Source: Pirellulales bacterium
GTDB taxonomy: Bacteria > Planctomycetota > Planctomycetia > Pirellulales > JAICIG01
Length of the DNA: 64,000 nt
NCBI GenBank assembly: GCA_040901675.1
Contig: JBBDYJ010000032.1
Coordinates: 96,756 to 160,755 of the forward strand
Reading direction: 5' to 3'
Shown here: piece after piece, positions 58,115-64,000 of the stretch
Layout of the letters: every line of letters begins with the position of its first letter
Position numbering within the stretch: position 1 is the first letter of the stretch
Translations under genes and position numbers: made by a program
Notes under the pieces: generated by a model
What the model saw: the letters and a program-made list of their open reading frames with translations, nothing else
Database searches by the model: none
What the model was told of the DNA's origin: nothing

Positions 58115-58573
58115 ATGCACGTTCCAATGAAACACCTGGTGTGGGCCGCCGCCGTCGTGTGCGGCCTGCAGGTCTCGACCGCCTCCGCTCAGCAGGTCGC
58201 GGGCAATCCTTGCCTGTACGGCTTCAACGGCGGGTACGGACTGTACTACAACATCTACGGGTATGAGACGGTGCCGTACTTCGCGCTGCACCCGCCGGTT
58301 TACTACAGCTATCCGGTCGCCCGGCCCTACGGTTACAGCCCGTGGGCTTACCCGCCCGGCACGATGACTCCGGACGTCGAATCGGTCCAGCCGAAGGAGA
58401 TGATCAATCCCCACGTCGAGCCGGCGCCGGCACAGCCGACAAACGACAATTCGGCCCGGCGCGCAGACGATGCTCCCGTGCCACTAGTCATCCTGAACCC
58501 GTTTGTCGACCAGGCGCAGGACGCTGCCGCGCAGTCGGGTATTATCCGTCCTGCGAAGCTGGTGATCCACTAA
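58115..58573 (+). CDS. Secreted Tyr/Pro-rich hypothetical protein
   Basis: Signal peptide ending ASA-QQ; VPYFALHPPVYYSYPVARPYG. Confidence 0.7.
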   Translation: MHVPMKHLVWAAAVVCGLQVSTASAQQVAGNPCLYGFNGGYGLYYNIYGYETVPYFALHPPVYYSYPVARPYGYSPWAYPPGTMTPDVESVQPKEMINPHVEPAPAQPTNDNSARRADDAPVPLVILNPFVDQAQDAAAQSGIIRPAKLVIH

Positions 58574-59160
58574 GAGCCGGAACCGCGCATCAGCTCTTGC
58601 AGCATTTCGGCCAGCAGTTCCATGGGGAGCCCGACCACGTTGGTTGGGCTCCCCTTTTTGATGCTCAGCCAGCCAAGCCGGTCCTGGTAGCCAAAGGCTC
58701 CGGCCTTGCCTTGCCAAAGCCCGCTGGCCAGGTAATCGGTAATCTGCTCCGGCGAGAGCCGCTCCATGGCCAGCGTGGTCTCGGCAACTTCGACCCGCGG
58801 CCGGCCGTGGCCCAGGCGCCAGACGCACAGGCCGCTCAACACGCGGTGTTCGCGCCCGCTGAGGGTTTCGAGCATTTGCCTGGCGTGCGCCTCGTCGCGG
58901 GGCTTGCCGAGGATCTTCCCGTCGCACAGGGCCACCGTATCGCAGGCGACCAGGATGCCCTGTTCGACTCGCCGGGCCACGTCGGCCGCTTTTTCGAGCG
59001 CCAGGCGGGCCACGAAGTCGCGGGGATTCTCACCTGGGGCGATTGCGCTCTCGGCCGCTTCGCCGGGCGGCACCACGCGGAAGTGGTAGCCCGCTTCGGC
59101 CAGCAGCGACCGTCGGCGGTCGGAGCCGCTGGCCAGGATCAGTTCGTGTGGGAAGGTCAT
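58570..59160 (-). CDS. maf: Maf-family nucleoside triphosphate pyrophosphatase
   Basis: LILASGSDRR, ACDTV, ILGKP, KAGAFG, NVVGLP. Confidence 0.92.
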   Translation of the reverse strand: MTFPHELILASGSDRRRSLLAEAGYHFRVVPPGEAAESAIAPGENPRDFVARLALEKAADVARRVEQGILVACDTVALCDGKILGKPRDEAHARQMLETLSGREHRVLSGLCVWRLGHGRPRVEVAETTLAMERLSPEQITDYLASGLWQGKAGAFGYQDRLGWLSIKKGSPTNVVGLPMELLAEMLQELMRGSGS

Positions 59161-59228
59161 CGAAATCAGCGCCTGGACAGCTTCGCGGCGGCCCGCATTT
59201 GGCCTCTCAGCATGGTACAACGTGGTCT

Positions 59229-59906
59229 ATGCACGATCCAAGGCTGGAAGTCTTGTACGAAGACAACCACCTGCTGGCCTTGAACAAGCCGGCCGGCCTG
59301 GCCACGATGGGCGTGTCGGCCGACGTGCCGAGCCTGCTTTCGCTGGCCCGGGACTACATCAAGCACCGTTACAACAAGCCGGGCAACGTCTACCTTGGCG
59401 CCATGAGCCGGCTCGATGCGCCCGTGACCGGCGTGGTGCTTTTCGCCCGGACCTCCAAAGCGGCCGCCCGGTTGACGGAGCAGTTCCGCGGCCGGTCCGT
59501 GGAAAAGGCGTACTGGGCGATCGTGGCCGGCGGCCTGCCGAAGCCGGCCGAGGAGTGCGTCGATTGGATCCGCAAGGACGAACGGCACCGCCGCATGCAC
59601 TTGGCCGGCGAGGGGCAGGCCGGCGCGCAGCTCGCGCGACTGCACTATCGGCGGCTGCGGCAAGTGCCCGGCGGCTGGCTGCTGGAGGTCGAGCTGGCGA
59701 CGGGCCGCAAGCATCAGATCCGCCTGCAGTTGTCCGCGCGTGGCTTTCCCGTGCTGGGCGACCGGAAGTACGGCAGCCGCGAGGCGTTCGCCTCCGGGAT
59801 TGCGCTGCACTCGCGGCGCCTCGTCTTCGAGCATCCCACCCGCGGCGAAGCGATCGTGCTGGAAGCGCCGCTGCCGGCCGCCTGGCAGCGGTTTGGCTTG
59901 CAGTGA
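59229..59906 (+). CDS. RluA-family pseudouridine synthase
   Basis: NKPAGL, SRLDAPVTG, TGRKHQIR, GDRKYG, LHSRRL. Confidence 0.93.
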   Translation: MHDPRLEVLYEDNHLLALNKPAGLATMGVSADVPSLLSLARDYIKHRYNKPGNVYLGAMSRLDAPVTGVVLFARTSKAAARLTEQFRGRSVEKAYWAIVAGGLPKPAEECVDWIRKDERHRRMHLAGEGQAGAQLARLHYRRLRQVPGGWLLEVELATGRKHQIRLQLSARGFPVLGDRKYGSREAFASGIALHSRRLVFEHPTRGEAIVLEAPLPAAWQRFGLQ

Positions 59907-59912
59907 CCCCAT

Positions 59913-61514
59913 TCATGGGGTCGTTCTTCCGGCCACCTGTCGTCCTTCGTTTGTCGCCACCGGACCCGCCGCAAGCAGTGCTTCGAGCCTCTCGGGAGCG
60001 ACCGGCTTGACGAGATGGTGGTCGAAGCCGGCTTCGTAAGAGCGTTTTTGGTCGTCGTCCTGGCTGAAGCCGGTCAACGCCACGAGCAGAATCGACTTGA
60101 AGTGCGGCCGCATCCGTAATTGCCTGGCCACGTCGTAGCCGCTGATGCCCGGCAAGCCGATGTCGAGCAAGACCACGTCGGGACGATACGCTTCCGAAGC
60201 CTCGACCGCTGCCAAACCGTCGTGGACGACTCGAACATCGTGCTTCCAGGCCCGCACGAGCATGGCCAGCGTGTTGGCGGTATCCTCGCGGTCGTCAACG
60301 ATCAGCACGCGGCGGCCGCCGGAGTTGCCTGCCAGCGGGTGCACCGCCGGCCGTGGGCTCGCCGCGGGCTGGGGTTTCCGCCCATCGGGGCGATCAGATG
60401 GCTCAATCGGTTTCTGCGGCGATTGGGGCTTGGCTCTCTCCGCCGCCAGGGGCAGGCGGACGGTGAATTCGCTCCCCTGTCCCTCGCCTCTGCTAGCGAC
60501 CACGATGGTTCCGCCGTGCATTTCCACCAGGCGGCGGACTAACGCCAGTCCGATGCCCAGGCCCCCTTGCGATCGCTCGTGCCTGTCGTCGACCTGCATG
60601 AACAGGTCGAACAATCGCGGCAGCAGGTGCGCTGGAATGCCGATGCCGTTATCGCGCACGGTTAGCAGGGCCTGATCGCGCTCGCGCCGGGCCGCCAACC
60701 AGATGCGGCCGCCCCGGTTGGTGTACTTGGCGGCGTTGTTCAGGAGGTTGGTGACCACTTGCGCCACCCGGACCGGGTCGGCCTCGAGCCAGACGGCCTC
60801 GTCCGGCAGGGAGATGGTCAGTTCGTGGCCGTACGCATCGATGACGGGCCCGCTCGTTTCCAGCGCCTGGCGAACCGCCGCCCCGAGTTCGACCGGCTGC
60901 TTTTCGATCGTGAACTTGCCTTGCCGGATGCGAGAGATATCCAACAGGTCGTCGACCAGCCTGACGATGTGCTGCACCTGCCGCTGCATCATGCCGCGCA
61001 CCGATTGGCGCGTTTCCGGGTCGGCATCGTCCAACAGGTGCAAAGCACTGCGGATGGGAGTCAGCGGGTTGCGCAGTTCATGCCCCAACAGGGCCAGGAA
61101 CTCGTCCTTGCGCCGATCCGCGGCACGCAGCTCTTCGCTCAGCCGGGTATTTTCCAGGGCCACGGCCTCCGCGCGGCGGCGAGCCACCCGCAACGACTCG
61201 GTCAGCACGACGATGGCGATGCCGACGAGAAAGTAAATCGACAGGCTGATCAAGTCGTCGGGAGCGGTGATCGCGAGCGAGCCGTGCGGTGGAACGAAAT
61301 GATTGGCGGCCGAGACCGTACCCAGCGCCAGGGCCAGGATCGACGGGCCAAGCCCGCCGTGCCAGGCCGAGAAAATCACCGGCAGATAGAAGATGCCGAA
61401 CGGGATCCGCTCGTCGAGCAGCGGCGCCAACAGCGCCCGCAGCCAGGTGGCCAGCGCCACACCCAGCACCGCCGTGCCGTAGCGCACCAGCAGTGAGCCG
61501 ATTGTTCGAGCCAT
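59913..61514 (-). CDS. Hybrid sensor histidine kinase/response regulator with a DUF4118-like TM input
   Basis: [28 protein letters not shown]; receiver LIVDD...LLDIGLP...VKP. Confidence 0.95.
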   Translation of the reverse strand: MARTIGSLLVRYGTAVLGVALATWLRALLAPLLDERIPFGIFYLPVIFSAWHGGLGPSILALALGTVSAANHFVPPHGSLAITAPDDLISLSIYFLVGIAIVVLTESLRVARRRAEAVALENTRLSEELRAADRRKDEFLALLGHELRNPLTPIRSALHLLDDADPETRQSVRGMMQRQVQHIVRLVDDLLDISRIRQGKFTIEKQPVELGAAVRQALETSGPVIDAYGHELTISLPDEAVWLEADPVRVAQVVTNLLNNAAKYTNRGGRIWLAARRERDQALLTVRDNGIGIPAHLLPRLFDLFMQVDDRHERSQGGLGIGLALVRRLVEMHGGTIVVASRGEGQGSEFTVRLPLAAERAKPQSPQKPIEPSDRPDGRKPQPAASPRPAVHPLAGNSGGRRVLIVDDREDTANTLAMLVRAWKHDVRVVHDGLAAVEASEAYRPDVVLLDIGLPGISGYDVARQLRMRPHFKSILLVALTGFSQDDDQKRSYEAGFDHHLVKPVAPERLEALLAAGPVATNEGRQVAGRTTP

Positions 61515-61658
61515 CTGCCGCTCCTCCTGCCCTCGCTCCATCCAGCCAGCAGCCGTTGCCTGGCCCAAACCCGCCGACCCGGCACTGCACTGCATCCTAT
61601 CGCGAGCCTCAGGCAAGCTCAAGCGGCCCCGCGGATGGGCTCCGGGAGCGGCCGCGGT

Positions 61659-61941
61659 CTATTGCTCCTGCCGCTCTGCCCACCAGTGCTTCCAGGCGGC
61701 GGTGTCCCAAAAAAAATTCTCCGCGAAACGGTCCCGCAGCGGGTTGAAGGCCCAATGAACGTCCGGTCCCTGTTCGAGCGTTGCCTCGATGGCCACGTTC
61801 ACCTTGTGCCGCCACCAGAGGCGGGGAAAAAACGTCAGCGCCGCCGCGACCATCGCCACGGCGACCAGCAGCGTCCGCAGGCGGAATCTGGGCCGAAAGT
61901 TCCTGTTGGGCAGCGGCGCTCCGCGTTTTCGGACTGGTCAT
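61659..61941 (-). pseudogene. Probable frameshifted remnant of a membrane protein with an RFRLRTLL leader
   Basis: The frame reading RPRFRLRTLLVAVAMVAAAL has no ATG after an upstream TGA; the nearest ATG (MTSPKT) is out of frame. Confidence 0.4.
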
Positions 61942-61979
61942 CGGCCTCGTGGAACCAGTCCCTGATCCTGCAAACGCCG

Positions 61980-62588
61980 TCATCCTACCGCGCGGTCTGG
62001 GCGGCGGCCACGAGTTGGTGTGGTCGAATCCGACCGCGGGTGCCGGCGCAGTTTGAACTGCCGGCGGGCGAACTGCGGGTCGGGCGACGCTACTCGGCCT
62101 CGGCGGGATCCTTGTTCGAGAAGTTCTTCTCCGACCATGACGTCGGCGATCAAGGTGGTGAAGTCCTGTGCCGGGTTGCAGACGTCCACGTCGCCGGAGA
62201 AGTGTCCCCCTTGGACGGCCTTTAACGTAAACCGGACTTCCAGGGCCTGTCCCGGCGGGACGCTGGTTCCAAAGCTCCAACTCATTTGGCCGAAAACATG
62301 CATCGTGCCTGTGGGCTCCGGAACGATCGCGACAACCTGGAAACCATCCAGGAACGCGTCGTCGATGTCGATGCTGTCGAGCGTGACCGCTTTATCGTGA
62401 GGGTTGGTGGTGGTGACCACCATGGTGAGCGTTTCGCCCAGCGTTGCTTCCGAGGGAAGCGAAAGCGAGGCATCGAGCTTGGGCAATTCCGTGAACAGCC
62501 AAACCGCGACGCCCAAGCCGATAACGACGGTGAACAGCAGGGCCGCACCCAGACAGCCGATCACGCCGATCACGATTTTGTTGTTCAT
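61980..62588 (-). CDS. Hypothetical protein with an N-terminal TM and a beta-rich domain
   Basis: AGGCAGGAA before MNNKIVIG; TM anchor. Confidence 0.65.
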   Translation of the reverse strand: MNNKIVIGVIGCLGAALLFTVVIGLGVAVWLFTELPKLDASLSLPSEATLGETLTMVVTTTNPHDKAVTLDSIDIDDAFLDGFQVVAIVPEPTGTMHVFGQMSWSFGTSVPPGQALEVRFTLKAVQGGHFSGDVDVCNPAQDFTTLIADVMVGEELLEQGSRRGRVASPDPQFARRQFKLRRHPRSDSTTPTRGRRPDRAVG

Positions 62589-62619
62589 TTCCTGCCTTTC
62601 GAAGGCTCCGCGGGCACCA

Positions 62620-62831
62620 GCGGATGGGGAGGCACGCGAACACCTGTGGAAAACGCGGGGAAAACGGGGGTTGCGGCCGAAAGCGGCGCAGAAAGCGGCG
62701 CACCTGGCGCACAATCCGGACCCGCCGACCCCGATCTTGCCCGGCTGGTGGCCGCGTGGCCGACGCTGCCCGACGCGGTGCGGCGGTGCATTGTCGTGCT
62801 GCTGAACGACACGACGGGGGCGAAGGGCTGA
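62620..62831 (+). mobile_element. Probable integrative-element end remnant
   Basis: Encodes SGAESGA...DPDLARLVAAWPTLPDAVR, which I recall at ends of Planctomycete integrative elements; preceded by degenerate tRNA-like GCGGATGGGGAGGCACGCGAACACC. Confidence 0.4.
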
Positions 62832-62965
62832 CGCCCCTCCCGGCTCGTCTACGTCTACGATATTGCCCATGACGCGACGTGCGGGAGCGCCAGTAGGAAC
62901 CCGCGGTATTCCCTGCCCGCGTGGGTGGGCGCGGCCCGCCTGCCCTAGGGACCGTCCCGAGGAGC

Positions 62966-63310
62966 TTAAGGTGTCTTCCTCTGGAGCGCCTGGATGAAAT
63001 ACATCAGGTTAGTGTGGATCACTTGTGCCTGCGGTACGATTTTGGGCGCCCATACAATGCCCTCCTTCGTCGTTTCAAACTGACGGTTGATCTTGTATGC
63101 AACCGCGTTCCACATCGACCACAGCTTGTCGCGGTAGCCGCCAATCCTGATGCTCTTCGCCAGATACCCCTGGGAGTAAATGCATAACCTGGCGTATTGG
63201 AGCGTTGGGCTTTCGAGGAGTTGCATGAAGTTGATGTCACCCTGGTCCATTTGGTAGGACTTCAGCCTGAAGTCGGCAATCATTCCCCTGGCAAGCTCAT
63301 CGCGCTCGCG
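62966..63310 (-). pseudogene. 5'-truncated gene fragment of unknown function
   Basis: Protein-like composition and AT-richer; abuts the kinase fragment back to back. Confidence 0.4.
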
Positions 63311-63910
63311 CCCGCGTACCCGAAGGCCCAGCGCTTCAAGGTCCGTCAACATTCGGTCGATGCCGTCGGTGGAATCGTGTCCCGCCTAGCCGCGCTGCCG
63401 GATGCCCAGATGCAAACGGTTCCCGGTGGCATTGGAGGGGCGTTGGAAGTTTTCGTCGGATACGTCATGCTGGACGCCTGGATTGCCAACCAAGACCGGC
63501 ACCACGAGAATTGGGGAGCGCTTTGGGATGGCACGGCATTGCGACTGGCCCCAACATTCGATCATGGCGCGGCGCTGGCGCGGAATCTGCTGGACGATGA
63601 ACGACAAGACCGGATGACGAGCAAGGATCGAAACCGGACCGTTGCGGCCTTTGCGGCAAGGGGGCGAAGCGCGTTCTACGCTTCGCCCGACGATCAACGG
63701 CCGTTGGAGCTGCGCGAGACGTTTCGATCCTTTGCCCGCCAAGTTCCCCCTGCCGCACTGGCCTGGCTGGATCGCCTTCGAGCGGTGAAGCACGACGAAA
63801 TCTGGGGTATCCTAGAAGGAGTGCCCGTGTCTCGCATGACGGAGACGTGCAAGCGGTTCACGATGGAATTGCTGCTGACCAACCAACGGCGGTTGACTGA
63901 AGAGGATTGA
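63300..63910 (+). pseudogene. HipA/CtkA-like kinase, apparently lacking its N-lobe
   Basis: LDAWIANQDRHHENWG catalytic loop, LAPTFDHGAAL; no ATP-binding N-terminal motifs seen upstream. Confidence 0.7.
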
Positions 63911-63915
63911 ACGGC

Positions 63916-64000
63916 ATGAACTCACTATTCGTTGCCTGGCGTCCGCCCATGCCCGATCCGACTGGCTGGCGGCCCGTGGGGCGACTTGAACACGATGGCG
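63916..64000 (+). CDS. Start of a probable HIRAN-domain partner protein (partial)
   Basis: MNSLFVAWRPP...WRPVGRLE, typical of partners following HipA-like kinases; GAGGA RBS; cut by the window edge. Confidence 0.55.
   Translation, partial: MNSLFVAWRPPMPDPTGWRPVGRLEHDG

Noticed and set aside
62617..62646. tRNA gene
   Set aside because: Only a short degenerate resemblance to a tRNA 3' half; no cloverleaf

Overview
High-GC bacterial DNA whose gene and repeat content (RFxLRTLL-type N-terminal motifs, a DUF1549-like segment, PQQ-type propeller, ECF sigma factors) suggests a Planctomycete; this is inference. Two housekeeping-type blocks (ABC exporter and FIST at 0.2-7.7 kb; asparaginase, amidohydrolases, rbsK, mnmE, yidC, tsaB, hemL, dus, queG, maf, rluA and a hybrid kinase at 30.8-61.5 kb) flank a ~22 kb accessory island (8.1-30 kb). 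After an ECF-like sigma factor and a convergent small gene, the island runs on one strand. It carries two tiny single-YD-motif ORFs, a holin-like small protein, a signal-less subtilisin, an IscU-like protein lacking one Cys, and three glycosyltransferase genes that include GT-D and SunS/GmaR-like GT2-TPR domains. These are followed by a 1645-aa RHS protein with a 21-Cys N-terminus and a 71-aa hydrophobic bacteriocin-like tip, a candidate immunity gene, a broken wecB, an orphan Cys-rich tip with a WD40 gene, and an intact wecB. This is the best candidate for an undescribed system: a glycosylation-coupled RHS polymorphic toxin locus with no recognisable secretion tag. A second highlight is a 24-bp micro-element that sits cleanly inside heptamer tandem repeats, a REP-like hairpin, a copy of itself, and in-frame in queG. 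The right edge begins a rearranged HipA-like kinase/HIRAN region. All calls come from reading motifs by eye; no searches were run.
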